40,621 nt of DNA from Salpingoeca rosetta (taxonomy: Eukaryota > Protista > Choanoflagellata), in NCBI GenBank assembly GCA_033442325.1, contig JAWQFM010000026.1:185568-226188 (forward strand), in the 5' to 3' direction. This document shows, piece by piece, positions 1 to 11,976 of the stretch (positions are counted from its first letter, which is position 1; each line of letters begins with the position of its first letter). A model generated the notes under the pieces. That model did no database searches and had not been told where the DNA came from. It worked only from the letters and a program-made list of their open reading frames with translations. A program made the position numbers and the translations under genes.

Positions 1-66
<66 letters not shown>

Positions 67-69
67 CAG

Positions 70-164
<95 letters not shown>
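1..164. repeat. (CA)n microsatellite, representative of dozens of (CA)/(GT), (TGAG)n and (GACA)n tracts in the window
   Basis: Seen directly; on the FANCL sense strand it is a (GT)n tract just after a splice donor. Confidence 0.99.
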
Positions 165-165
<1 letters not shown>

Positions 166-172
166 GCCGCAC

Positions 173-339
173 GTTGGTGTGAATGGGACGGGCAGGGCTG
201 TAGTGCACTTGGGTGGGCGCTGTGGATACCCCGTGGACAGATGCACCGTACACATGTGGCGGCGGCCCGCCTTGTCGATCACCTCAAGCTTCAAACCGTG
301 GCCCAAAGGGGACATGCGTTCAGCAAAGCGTGCACGGGT

Positions 340-410
<71 letters not shown>

Positions 411-413
411 TGA

Positions 414-445
<32 letters not shown>

Positions 446-1394
446 GTGTGTGAGGAGACAAGGAGGTATTCAGGAGAGGATGAGGCTTCATCTCCCTTGC
501 GTTGCCCCCTCTCCGGTCTCCCGGGCTCCTCGCTGACGTTGCGATCCAGGAACACCTCACCTTGACCTCGTGGAACGAGTCGGATATGGCTGTAATATGC
601 TGTGGCCCGATGGCCTGCAGCTCCGTCAGCAACTGCTGCACCGTGGCTGAGGACGGCCCTTCATTCAGCGCCCGCGAACTCACCTGCAGAGAGAGTGAGT
701 GAGTGAGTGAGTGAGTGAGTGAGTGAGTGAGTGAGAGTGAGATGAGAGACAGGGAGCGAGGGTGAGAGCGCGCAGGGCACACACACACGGGCGCGCACAC
801 ATACAGTGTCCCAGCCCTTGTCTTCACCACCGCCTCTGCCTCCTTTACACTTACGATGCGCTCTGTGAGTGTTTCCAGCTGCGCAAACACTTGTTCGGGC
901 TCACTGCTCGACTTCAAAATGCGCGCCACTTCTCGTTGTGCATCACGCAGCAGCTCCTCCAGCCGCCACTCTGGATACAGCCTGTCATGAACGTGCGGCG
1001 TGTATGTGTGTCGTGTATGTATATATGTGCGTGTGAGTACATCTTGTTGGTGCACCAACAACAAAGCGCTTCACAGCCTCAGCTCATCCCATACACAATC
1101 CCAACACCAACACCAACACCAACACAATCCCCACAGCAACAGCAACGAAACCCGCACTCTGTCTTTGTTGGAAGCCATGTCAGGGTGAGCCAGAACTGTC
1201 CTGCCGACGTCTCAAGCACACCAGAGTACCTTGTGTTGCATTGTGTGTTTTTACATGTGCATGTGTGAACGTTTGAACGTGCATGGTACAAAGGTCAGAT
1301 CATGTGCAGGTGGCGGCGGTCCACTGTCCGCTCGCATCCACAAGCACATCTGAACCACAAACCTGTTGTGTCCTTCCTGTTCCACAAGCAGCAT
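173..1394 (-). CDS. FANCL: E3 ubiquitin ligase FANCL, 5' part (ELF domain and first RWD-like domain); gene continues off the left edge
   Basis: Phase-compatible exons 1394-1363, 1229-1158, 981-~830, 683-561, 288-173 give MLLVEQEGHNRYSGVLETSAGQFWLTLTWLP..LYPEWRLEELLRDAQREVARILKSS..GPSSATVQQLLTELQAIGPQHITAISDSFHEVKLEVIDKAGRRHMCTVHLSTGYPQRPPKCTTALPVPFTP. This aligns by eye with animal FANCL (LIEEIGTLGWDKLVYADTCFSTIKLKAEDASGREHLITLKLKAKYPAESPDYFVDFPVPF). The RING domain is not in the window. Confidence 0.8.
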
Positions 1395-1566
1395 CTCTTC
1401 CGCTGAGTCAGCAAAATAAAATTGGTTGTGTTTTGGTGACGCTGCTGTCAAACCTGACAGGCGGGCCGCCGCAAAATTCAAATCCGTCAGCCCGCAAAAA
1501 CTGGACGAGCGAGTGGTTGTGAATGCAGCCACCAACAGCACCCACCAACCAACCATCCACCCACGT

Positions 1567-1632
<66 letters not shown>

Positions 1633-1967
1633 CACACACACACACACACACACACGCCACACAGCCAACACCGGGTCGAGCACTGCGCTGCTTGACAAAG
1701 AAGAACTTGCTCCAACAACGATAAAGCAAGCGGGGGCGCTTGTGTGTTTCGCATCGGGGATAGCAACCCAGCTTTTTCTCTCTCCCATCGACAAGCAATT
1801 TGCTGTCGTCGCTGGTGCTGAGCCGCTGGAACAACAACGACAACCACAACTGCAACGCCCAATACACACACACACCCGTCCACACGTAGCTGTACACGTC
1901 CACAGCCACACACGTCTACACATAGTTACACAAACGCACACCCACGCACACGCCCACAACACCAGCC

Positions 1968-2148
1968 ATGCCCATCACAAACTACCTCAAGACGGTTCCT
2001 GCCAAGCTGCAGGAGGTCTACGATGACAAGCTGGCCAACTATGTGGCCGAAGAGTTTGACACCAACATGACCTATCTCGAGGAGATCCTGCCCGAGATTG
2101 CCAAGCACTTTGACGCGGCACAGCAAGACAACCACACCTCGTGAGTGC

Positions 2149-2179
<31 letters not shown>

Positions 2180-3352
2180 TGTGTGCATGTGTGTGTGTTT
2201 GTTTGTTATTTGTGTGTGTGTGCGTGCACGCGCGCGTGTGTGCATGTGTTGCTGTGCATGTTGTGTGCTTAGCATGTGCGTGGAGGAGATGTTGCTGTGC
2301 TCCCCTTTTGGTTGCATCCTTGCATCCACACACGCGTCTTGGCATGTTCAGCACGCACTGACACAAGTGTTCATCTGTATCACCACCATTCCCGTGTTGT
2401 TTACACATGCCAGACATGCTGACGATGAGGAGCACAATGATGATGACGCCTCCCATCACGAGCGAGTGGTGCTGCCAAAGACGCCATCACACAAGAAGCG
2501 CCAGCGCCCGCGCTTTGCCGGACAGAAGAAGAAGATGCCTGTTCTTGACGACAACGCAAGCTCACATGAGGTGGGTTTTGTGCTGGTTGTTCATGCGTGT
2601 GTGCGTGTGGGCGTTTGTTGGGGTCGAAGGGAAACATCGATCGTGGGTGTCTTCATCACACACACGCACATACACACATGCACACACACACGCACGCACG
2701 CGCGCGCGCACACACACACACACACGCATACATGCACACGCACACGCACGCAACGACACACCCACACACCCACACCCTCTTACACACTTGCTCACACATA
2801 CGTAACTACTACAGCCGTCCCCGATTCGCACGCGCGCGTCTCTGCTGTCGGGCGCACTCAACAACTCCACAAACGCATCGCCCTGCCACCTCAATGGCGG
2901 TCGTGCAAAGCCCAAGCGCGCAGCCGCCGTCGCCGCCACACAGCGCATGCAAACCCGCGCCTCAATCGCTGCTGCTGCTGCTGCAAGCAATGCCGGCACA
3001 CCCTCCCCGCGCAAGGCCGTGCGCGCTGCCAGTACGTCATCGCCAGCACCCGCAGCATCCCCATCCCAAGATGATGCGCCTGCAACTGTCAAAGCAACGC
3101 GCAAGCAGCAACAGCAATATGCACATGCTGATGACGACACAGAGCACGACTCGTGTGCCACATCGACTGCTGTGACGTCGCCGGCAGAGTCTCACACGTG
3201 CTCTCCTGCATCGTCCCCTCTTGCATCATCAGCATCGTCCTCGTCTGTGTCGTCCACAAGTAAGCAGGGCAGGCGCAAAGCCACCAAGGCAGCATCACGC
3301 TCCAAGAACACACAAAACCGCACACGCAAGACCCGCAAGCAGACGTCCAAGA

Positions 3353-3383
<31 letters not shown>

Positions 3384-6300
3384 AGCGGACGATGACAGCG
3401 ACTCTGACTTTGAGCCGGAGACGGCTGTGAAGCAGCGACCACGCCGCACAACACGCACGCGCGCAGGCCGCAAGAAGAAGGCAGCGGAAGAGACCGACAA
3501 CACCAACGCTGCTGCTGACGTTGGCGAGTCGCCATCAGCATCAGCATCATCGTCGTCGTTGTCGTCGTCGTCTTCGTCTGGAAGTGGCCGCAAGACGCGA
3601 AAGGCAAAGACGGCCGCAATGAAGAAGACGAAGAAGGCAACAACCACGACCACCAAGAGCGGACGTACACTACGCGCCAAAACCACACGCAAGGCCACAC
3701 GCGCTGCACTGCGATCATCGGTTGAAGAGTCTGCAACGGACACGTCATCTGCGTCGTGGGCATCCTCCCGCACCTCCATGGCGGAGAGTGAGTTTGCGAC
3801 ACCAACGTCGGGATCGCCCGTGTCATCTGCAGCATCAAGCGGACGCGTAACGCGCGCGTCATCTCGCGCCGGTGCGCGCCATCGCACCAACAGCAGCAGC
3901 AGCAGCAGCAGCAAGAAGGCGGCTGGTAGGAAGAGTGCATGTGATACCGAAGAGCGCGTCGTAGATGAGGAGAGTGATGAGGAGGCTGTGTCGACAGTCA
4001 CGCGCGTGCAGCCCAACCGTCGCCGCATTGCTTCCATGTCATCCTCAGACGAGGATGGTGACGATGAGGCAGAGGAGAACGAGCAGAGTGACGACAACAG
4101 TGACAACAATGATAACGATGACGATGTTCGGGTGTCTGCAGCAACTGATGCGACGACGGCCGCCGTGCGCGAGGAAGTGTCGCCATCAACAGCCAGCAGC
4201 GTCTTTGCCACTCCAGTTGACCACACAACGGCGAGCTCACGCCTCGCTACCGCTGCTGGTGATGCTGACACGACAGTTGCCAACACCGATGAGAGCGTCG
4301 CTTCAAGCGCAGCATCTGCGGCAACAGCAAACAGCAGCGCAACCATCTGTGCATCTAATGCATCCACAGCTGCTGATTTGTCCTCCGTTGATGATGCTGC
4401 CTCCTCTTCGGCAACATCATCGTTTGTGTCTGTGGATGAGAGCGATGAGACGACACCTGCTGCGTCTGCCGCTTCGCTCCTGTCCACGACACTCGACAGC
4501 ACGGCCACCACGACAACGACAGCCACCACCGACGCTGACACCACCACCACCACGACAACGACAACCACGAGAGGCTCCACGCTGAGCGAGGACACAAGCA
4601 CAGCGCCATCGCGCAACGCAAGCATCATCAGCACAAGCAGCCGCAACACGTCAATGGCCTCTGCTCGCGAGCCATGCACACCAACGTCGCGTGTTGCAGG
4701 CGGCAGGAACATCCGGCAGGAGTGCCCCACGCCATCCACGGTAAAGAAGACAGGCCAGTTTACGCCCATTGCCAAAACAGGCACGTCCTCCATTGCGCGT
4801 GGGCGATCGAGCACGCAGCGCACGAGCTTCCGGCAACTGGAGAAACTCGGCGCCGTCAAGCAGCGCCTGCAGAATTTGCAGCGACAGCATGAGTTGCGGC
4901 AGCAACGGACACGCCAGTTGTCGCACACACCCACCCCTGGTGGAGGCAAGGGCCGACCAAAGCCCAAGATTGATCGCACGGCGCTACGCAACATCCCAGA
5001 GGATGACGTCATGCGCACGCCCGTGTCGTCTGCAGCCAACCGGGTGCGCTCCCGCTTTGGCGAGGCAGCTGACAACGCCACCAGCAGCAGCAGCAGTGCT
5101 GATGGCACGGATGCTGGCAACACATCGGCCATGTCGCTGTCGTCGTCCACTTCCTTCTCGTCTGCCGTGTCGTCGTCGACAGCCGGTACTTCATCCACGT
5201 CTGCGTCTGCTGCGCGTGGTGCTGGTGTTGGCGCCTATCGCTCCCGTCTGGCATCGGGAAGCAGCAGCGTGTATGGCAACCGCGCGCACCCGCGCATCCC
5301 CTCCGCATCCAAGTTTGGCGACAGTGACAGCGACGCAACGGTGCAGGCCTCTGACCACACCAACAGCACCAGCAGCGGCAGCAGCAACGCGGGCAGCGCT
5401 AACGCGGCCTCCCGTCTGCCTGGCAACATGTTTGCCAACGGGCCGCTGGGCAACGAGTCGCACGCGAGCAGCAGGCCCGGTGACATGTCATCGTCTTCGT
5501 CCACGGGTGTGAACAGCACCAACAGCAGCCGAGTTGTGGATGAGGCGTGGACCTCTGGCCTGTCGCTGTCATCATCGTCAGCATCGTCATCCTTCACCTC
5601 TGGCAACAAATCCAAGCTGCCAAGTGCATCTGACACCAGCAACAGCAGCACTGGCAAGTCTGGAGAAGAGAATGTGACGTCCTCCATGCTCATGTCATCG
5701 TACTCGTCCATTTCGTCATTCGCCGCCTCACAGGCCAAGTCGCTGCTGCGCGCGTTCTCGTCGGACACGTCTGCCACGAGCGACCAGGAGGCAGGCAGGA
5801 CCGCAAGTCCTGCCGAGTCCTCCTTCTCGGACGATGGGCGGTTCCACCCGAACGCGGCCAAGCGGAAGAGTGATCCCGCTGAAGAGAGCGAGAAGCGCGC
5901 CAAGGCGAGCACCCAGACACGTGCAGCACCACTCTCCAACATCGTCAGGTGTGTGTGTGTGTGTGTTATGTGTGTGTGTATGTTGTGTGTGTGTGTGTGC
6001 GTGTGAGGGAGGGAGGCGCTTGAGGGCGCTTTCTTGCGTCGTATGTGTATGTGTGTGTGTGTGTTGTTTTGAGATGTGTGTGTGTGCGTATGTGTGTGTG
6101 TGTTACTGGTTTCTTTGAAGCAGCTCACAGGATTTGGTTTTTGCATTCATCGTTACAAACCACACCTTTGATAGGCCCAGCAAGGCTTCAAATGCTTCGT
6201 CTTCGAGTGCAAACGGCCGTGTGGTTCCGGGCAACTTGGCAACAAAAGCGATGTCGTTCATCAAACCCAAGACCGCGCCAAAGCCGCAGCAGAAGCCCAA

Positions 6301-6645
6301 GCCACAGATCAAGGCAGTGGCCCAGGCACAACGCGCAAAGGAGGCGCAGGAGAGGCGGGCGTAAGTTTGCATACATGTGGGTGTGTGGGGGGGGGTACAA
6401 CGTATGTTCATGCATGTACGCAAGAATGCACGCTTTGTGTTGCAACTCACTGGTGTCCTCAATTGCATGTTCATGTGCAGGCGTGAGCGCGAAGAGAAGC
6501 GGAAAGCAAACGAGGCCCGTCGCCGCGCACAGCAGGAAGCGCAGGCACGACAGCAGGCCAAAGAGGCACAACGACAGAAGCAGGAGGCCATGGTATGTGG
6601 GAGCCGGCTTGAGAGTGAGTGAGTGTGTGTTGTGTGTGTTGTGTG

Positions 6646-6689
<44 letters not shown>

Positions 6690-7402
6690 GTGTGTGTTGT
6701 GTGTGTGTGTGTGTGTGTGTGTTGTGTGTGTTGTGTGTGTGTGTGTTGTGTGTGTTGTGTGTGTTGTGTGTGTGTGTGCGTGTGTGTGTGTTTGTCGTTT
6801 TGTTTGTTCTTGATGCTCACATGCTCCCATGCTTGCTGACGGTATGCCGTAGCGTGCTGCTGAGATGAACAAGTTGCGCAAGGAGAAGCAGCAGGCTGAT
6901 CAGCTGGCAGCAAAGGCCGAGCAGGTGCACTTGTGTGTGTGTGTGTGTGTGTGCGGCGGTGAACAGTCGTTGTTGCAGGTGGCGTGTTGTGTACACATTC
7001 TTGCTCACTCATGGCGTGGCATGTATGTATGTCGTGACTTTGTGATAGAACCGCCGGTTGCGCGAGAACATGAGTCAGCAGCGCGCAAAGCTGAACGAAA
7101 AGCAGAAGCTGAAGGAGGAGCAAGAGAACAAAGACCGCCCACGCGGACTCCGCAATCTCGTGAGTGAGAGAGGGTGCGTGTGAGTGTGTGTATGTGTGTG
7201 TGAGAGCTTGGGTTGCGTTGACTGAGTGTCACTGTTGCTGCAAGTGTGCCGTGTCCTCTTACACGCCGCCACACCTCCAACACCAACATTATGCAGACAC
7301 AGCACCAGCAGTGGGCGCCATCATCGCCTGTCGTTTCGCGACCGGAAGACAACTACGATATCAGCGGCATGCGCAGCGACGACGACACAGACGACGAGGT
7401 GC

Positions 7403-7440
<38 letters not shown>

Positions 7441-8010
7441 ATGTAAGAAGTGGCGAGTGTACGCTTTCCGTACTTATCATTTCTTGTCTCCACCTGCTCC
7501 GCCTCACACCTCCACCGTCACCACCATCCTCATCACGATGACTTGCCCTCCCCTCAGAACGATCCCCGCCATGCCGTGCCCTCGTGGGCGCGCGACCACG
7601 CGCTGCGCACAGCGCTCATTCGCCAACACAACGCGGGCCAGAACCCGTACCACATTTTCCCGCCAGACGACTTCCAGCCCATCAAGCTCTCGGAGGTCTT
7701 TCCAAACCACTCCAAGCCAAGGTAAAGGGGTAGGGTGTTTGTTTTAGTGTTATATGTTGTTGTGACTGGTTGTTGTGGTTGGTAGGTTGCTGTGGGTGGT
7801 TGGTTGGTTGGTTGGTTGTTGGTTGACAGGATTGGGTGCGTGTACATCAGTGTTGAAGCGCTTCCCCGGATCAAGAATTCAACGTGGCTGCTGTGGTCCG
7901 TGTGCTCACACGTGTGTTTGTGTGCTGCTTACAGATATGAGAGGCGCACGAGTTCAGCGCTGTGGGAAAACAGCCCACGCAACCCCGGCTCGCTCCGAAA
8001 AGTGCTTTGA
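1968..8010 (+). CDS. INCENP: Inner centromere protein INCENP (chromosomal passenger complex scaffold), multi-exon
   Basis: N-terminal exons LQEVYDDKLANYVAEEFDTNMTYLEEILPEIAKHF..VLPKTPSHKKRQR resemble the Survivin/Borealin-binding CEN box plus the conserved PKTPS motif. Then a ~1000-aa S/T-rich exon (~2815-5948), E/R/K/Q-rich helical exons (~6330-7160), and a C-terminal IN-box DNYDISGMRSDDDTDDENDPRHAVPSWAR..LSEVFPNHSKPRYERRTSSALWENSP with the Aurora B TSS motif. Stop TGA at 8008-8010. Confidence 0.92.
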
Positions 8011-8356
8011 GCCGAGATGTGGTGGTGCTTGTCTGTGGATGTCCAGAAAACAGAGTTGCTTGCTTTGTACGTTTGCACGTTGAATTGAGTGATAGTTGCC
8101 GCAATGTTGGCTGCGTTGTGTTGCTTTCAGAAAGCCTCGTTGGTTGAGGAGAAGATAACAGTGGTTGGCGTGTTGAGTGAGGGTGAAAGGAAGAGGGGGT
8201 TTGGTCTTTTTTACACAATGAATTGCTTTCAATATGAAACACACGTGAGATGGTGTCACGAAGAAAGCAAGGCTGGGAGCGAAAAGGGAAGTGAACAGAC
8301 GAACTTGGGTTGAAAAAGTACGCAAACAAGCAAAGCGTCACAAGTTACCTACCACA

Positions 8357-8546
8357 TCAGTCATCACCACCTTCATCGTCATCACCCCCATCACCACCAT
8401 CATCACCACCATCATCATCACCTTCATCACCTTCATCACCATCATCCGCAGCATCCAAGTCATCGTCCAGATCAAGGTCGAGGTCGTCGTCTTCACCGCC
8501 GCCGCCGTCTCCCGTCTCTGCAGGCACAGCAGGCGCGGCTATGGTG

Positions 8547-8626
<80 letters not shown>

Positions 8627-10300
8627 GTGTGTGTGTGTGTGTTGTGTTAGTGTGTGAATGGAAAGAAAGAAGGAAACAGGTGGTGGGTGTGAGACGAGCA
8701 AGCAGGGACAGCGTTCAGGAGCATGGTACATACCTGGTGCCTGCGGCATCTCGCCTGTCTTCTTGTACAATCGGTACGACTTGACGCCAAGGGACTGTTT
8801 GGGGGGAGTAACGGAGGGCAGTGTTGTCGGTGATGGCGTGGGTGAGGGGGAAAGCGCCACGCACACGTGCGCTCGGAGGCTGCAAAATGTACGTATATGC
8901 AACACGTAAACGTTCACACAGAGAGAGTGTGTGTGATGATGTAGACACAAGTGAACGAGACGGTACCTTCAGCAGATCCTTCTCTCGAATGTGTTCTGCA
9001 TCTATATCGGCAAGCTCCTGACGCTGTCCGACCAATATGCGCTCAAGGCCAGTGTCAACAAGCTCCTGTGACGGCAAGAAGATGGAGGGAGGGGTTTGGG
9101 GAAGTAGGGAGGTGGGGAAAGCGGTGAGGACAGGCTGCGCATGCAGACCCGCGAGCATACCATGTTTCCCTCATGCCCGCAAGTCTGTGCGTGTGGGCAG
9201 ACATGTAGGCGCACAGAGAAGTGCAGACACACACACACATGTGCACACACACACACACAAGCGCGCGCACACACACACACCAGCACACACACACACACCA
9301 CATACAAGCGCGCACACACACACACCACATACAAGCGCGCACACACACACACATGAACACACAAGAACACACAAGTACACACACACAAGCACACACACAC
9401 CCCACATACAAGAACAGATACGCACCAGCAAGCCACCGCCGTAGCACTTGTTGATTTTGGGTTGTGCGCAGTAGTCGACAGAGCCGTTGTCCTGCAAGTC
9501 CATGGCAATGGCAAGCGTCTCCATGTTGTCCTTGCTGTGTCCAAACTGCGTGAACACGTCCACAGCCTCCTCAACAGACACAGATCCACTTCCTAACAAG
9601 GGGACGCGAACGAGGGGAGGGGAGAGGAGAGAGTGATGGCGTGTTAGCCATTATCAATCTCACAGGGGTGGCTGGGAAGACAGACGATTGCATGCAGAGA
9701 TGCATGCAAGCGGTGGTTTCACACAAACGCCCACCAACCACAAGGACAGCAGAGCAAAAAACACAGGTACTGCTGTGCGTGTTGTGACTGACCAATCTTG
9801 TCGACGCCACGAAGCTCATCAAAGACGCGGGCCACATTCTCCTTGAACCATTCGCGACAGGGCTCTAGCCATTCCACAGACAGAAGGCTCTCGTCTCGTT
9901 TGCGCGACGCTGTGTCATCGATGATCTGCTGCATGCGCAGCTGCAAAACGCAAGCGCATCACGAAGCAAGCGAGGGGCGTGGATAGGACATGAATCAGGG
10001 GGTGAGAGATGCATCGGTGAAGGAAACATGCGGATCATGCACGCAGATGGACACCAGCAGAAACAGGAAACGGCAACAACAACAGTGGGTGTGCTGACCA
10101 GTAGTGGGTCGGCGGAGGAAGCAGACTTCTTTCCCTTCTTTCCCTTCTTCTTTCCCTTCCCTAATCATGCAGGCGTGCAGGAGGTTGAGAAGCAGCAGTG
10201 AGGTGGGGCTGGGGTTGGGGGTTGGGAAAGAAACGCACATGATCGCACGAACGCACGTCTGCACACGAGCACGCGCCTGCGTACCTTTCTTCTTTGGCAT
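8357..10300 (-). CDS. Uncharacterised EF-hand protein with K/G-rich N-terminus and acidic D/G tail (~7 exons)
   Basis: ATG at 10300: MPKKKGKGKKKGKKGKKSASSADPLL|LRMQQ..WFKENVARVFDELRGVDKIGSGSVSVEEAVDVF..AMDLQDNGSVDY..|ELVDTGLERIL.. First EF loop DKIGSGSVSVEE is canonical in length; a second loop is DLQDNGSVDY. Final exon GGGGEDDDLDLDLDDD..GGDD*. 3' exon boundaries are approximate. Confidence 0.65.
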
Positions 10301-10852
10301 GGTGGGGTTGGTGGTGGATTGGCAGAGGGGTAGAAGGAGAGAGAGGGGGTGGGAAGAAGGTAGAAGGCTGGTGGTGGTGGCGGGAACCGGAACGGGGAGA
10401 GAGCAAGAGAAAACACCAACCGAGCAGGGAGGTCTGGAGGTGTGCGCCAGAAAAGGAGAGCAAAGGGAGAACAAAAACGGAAAGGAGAGACAAGAAGGGA
10501 GCAAGCACGCACAAAGGGGAGCAACAGAAGCAAGAAGGCGACACTGCAACAGGCTACGAGCGACGTGTAGTGGAGCGTAGAGTGCAAGAGTCTACATAAG
10601 AGAGTGCAAGACACAGCACAGCCGATGGGCAGTGAAGTCAGTCCAGCCACACTACCTAGGTAAGGAGGGAGCGAGAGCAGGACTGGGAGACTGGGAGACT
10701 GGCAGAAGGAAAGGAGGGAGGAGGGAGGAGAAGGAAAGTGCAAAGAGAGACGGTGGTTGGTGCTATGTGTGGTTGTTGGTGGTGTGGACGTTGAGAGTGA
10801 GTTGAAGCTTTTGTGACTTTGTGACTGGCTTGTGGTAGGTTGTGCTTGTGTG

Positions 10853-10866
10853 GTTTCCAAGGCAAG
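10853..10866. promoter_or_regulatory. RFX X-box-like element (GTTTCCAAGGCAAG) upstream of the EF-hand gene; second copy at 16205-16218
   Basis: Near-palindromic match to GTTNCC-NN-GGNAAC with the last base mismatched. It sits where an A/C-rich, 5'UTR-like sequence begins on the minus strand. Confidence 0.3.
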
Positions 10867-10962
10867 AAGCAAGGCAGGCGATTGGGAGGAACAAGAATGG
10901 GAGGAGCATTCATGTTCGCAAAAAATCGCACGAGAAGCAAGGAAGCGCAAAAGCCTCCAGTC

Positions 10963-11035
10963 GACTCCGTGGCGCAATTGGTAGCGTAATGGACTCCAGT
11001 TCCATGGGTTGCGAGTTCGAGTCTCGTCGGGGTCA
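10963..11035 (+). tRNA. tRNA-Trp (anticodon CCA), intronless
   Basis: Cloverleaf: acceptor GACTCCG/CGGGGTC + A; D arm GCGC-AATTGGTA-GCGT; anticodon stem ATGGA/TCCAT with loop CTCCAGT; T arm GCGAG-TTCGAGT-CTCGT. Confidence 0.95.
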
Positions 11036-11042
11036 CGGTCGA

Positions 11043-11050
11043 TTTTTTTT
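11043..11050 (+). terminator. Pol III oligo-dT terminator of the tRNA-Trp
   Basis: T8 run 7 nt after the tRNA 3' end, followed by a second T6 run; mirrored as A-runs at ~16013-16028 for the second copy. Confidence 0.8.
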
Positions 11051-11385
11051 CCTTTTTTGCGTTTTGCGTTCAGCAGCAAGAACTGCAAGCAAAACAACAA
11101 AGTGCACAAACAACTCACCGACTGCTGTCTCGCACACAACTAACAACAACACAGCGGAAGTGTGCCGACCAACTGAGCAACTGCTGCCTCCCAAGCAAGC
11201 AAGCACCAAAAGAACTCAATCCTGTCTACCACCACCCACAGCACGACAGCACAGCACACTAGCACAACCCGCAAGCGCAGAACACCCGCAGCGGCAACCA
11301 CAAAACTTTATCAAAAGATAACTCTGCTTCTGAGGGCAAACCAAACAGACACAGACACTCACCAACCAACACCAGAATACCAGCC

Positions 11386-11494
11386 ATGACTGCCCTCATT
11401 GATGCTTGCGAAGCAGGAGACCTCGACCGCGTGAAGCGGTTGCTGTTGCTTGCTTGTCTGTGTGATCGCCGCCCTCCAGCAAAGGCAGTTGTCG
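11386..11494 (+). pseudogene. 5' fragment of the ANK-Roco gene (exon 1 remnant with internal micro-inversion)
   Basis: MTALIDACEAGDLDRVKRLL is identical to the start of the gene at 15685(-). Reverse-complementing 11440-11482 restores LLEGGDHTDKQATAK, versus LLEGGDHTDKGAAK in the other copy. No downstream exons are visible. Confidence 0.7.
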
Positions 11495-11976
11495 CCTTGA
11501 CTACGACCAGAGTGGCGTTTCGACATGAGGACGTACTGTGGGTCTCTGGGTCTGTGGATGCACAGTATCATAACGTGGGAGGTTGTAACAATGTAATGTG
11601 CAGCAACAACTGCACGTATGCGAACAGTAGTAAACGAAGAAGTAAACGCAGCAACTGATCGATGGATGAGAACCAAACGCAACGACATCTAGGTATCTCA
11701 ACATGGTGTCAACAACACGGTGAACGGCGGAAAAGGCAACAGAGCAGTGGAAAGATGAAGTGATGTGAGATGGCGCCATCTCACGTTTCACAGCACCTCA
11801 AGTTGTAACGTAACACGTGCACAACAAAACTCGCCCACAGCAGACAGGGACAATGACGCTCACAGTGACCAACAGCAGCACACAGGTGCCCTGCAAACGC
11901 AACTAAGGGAAACACAATGCCAGTCGATGAAAACCACGCGAGCACCAAGGGCAAGGCAGGCGCACAGATATCCTGA

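Larger units (their letters stand above)
10339..11445 (+). repeat. Left arm of ~1.1-kb inverted duplication (EF-hand gene upstream region + tRNA-Trp + first ~20 codons of the ankyrin ORF)
   Basis: Near-identical reverse complement of 15627-16759. The ORF-track translations 10842..11321(+) and 15750..16229(-) are identical; the outer part shows a few SNPs and small indels. Ends are approximate. Confidence 0.95.

Noticed and set aside
3192-5198. 668-aa antisense ORF over INCENP (and similar antisense ORFs over other long exons)
   Set aside because: Mirror frames of GC-rich, low-complexity coding exons with no independent motifs.
10963-11035. tRNA-Trp variant with shortened anticodon stem (UGA readthrough), or a SINE head
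   Set aside because: The anticodon stem is a normal 5 bp (ATGGA/TCCAT), the cloverleaf is intact, an oligo-dT terminator follows, and TGA serves as an ordinary stop in genes here.
10842-11321. 159-aa ORF present twice (also 15750-16229)
   Set aside because: Non-ATG start, overlaps the tRNA and its terminator, no recognisable motif; the identity simply reflects the duplication.
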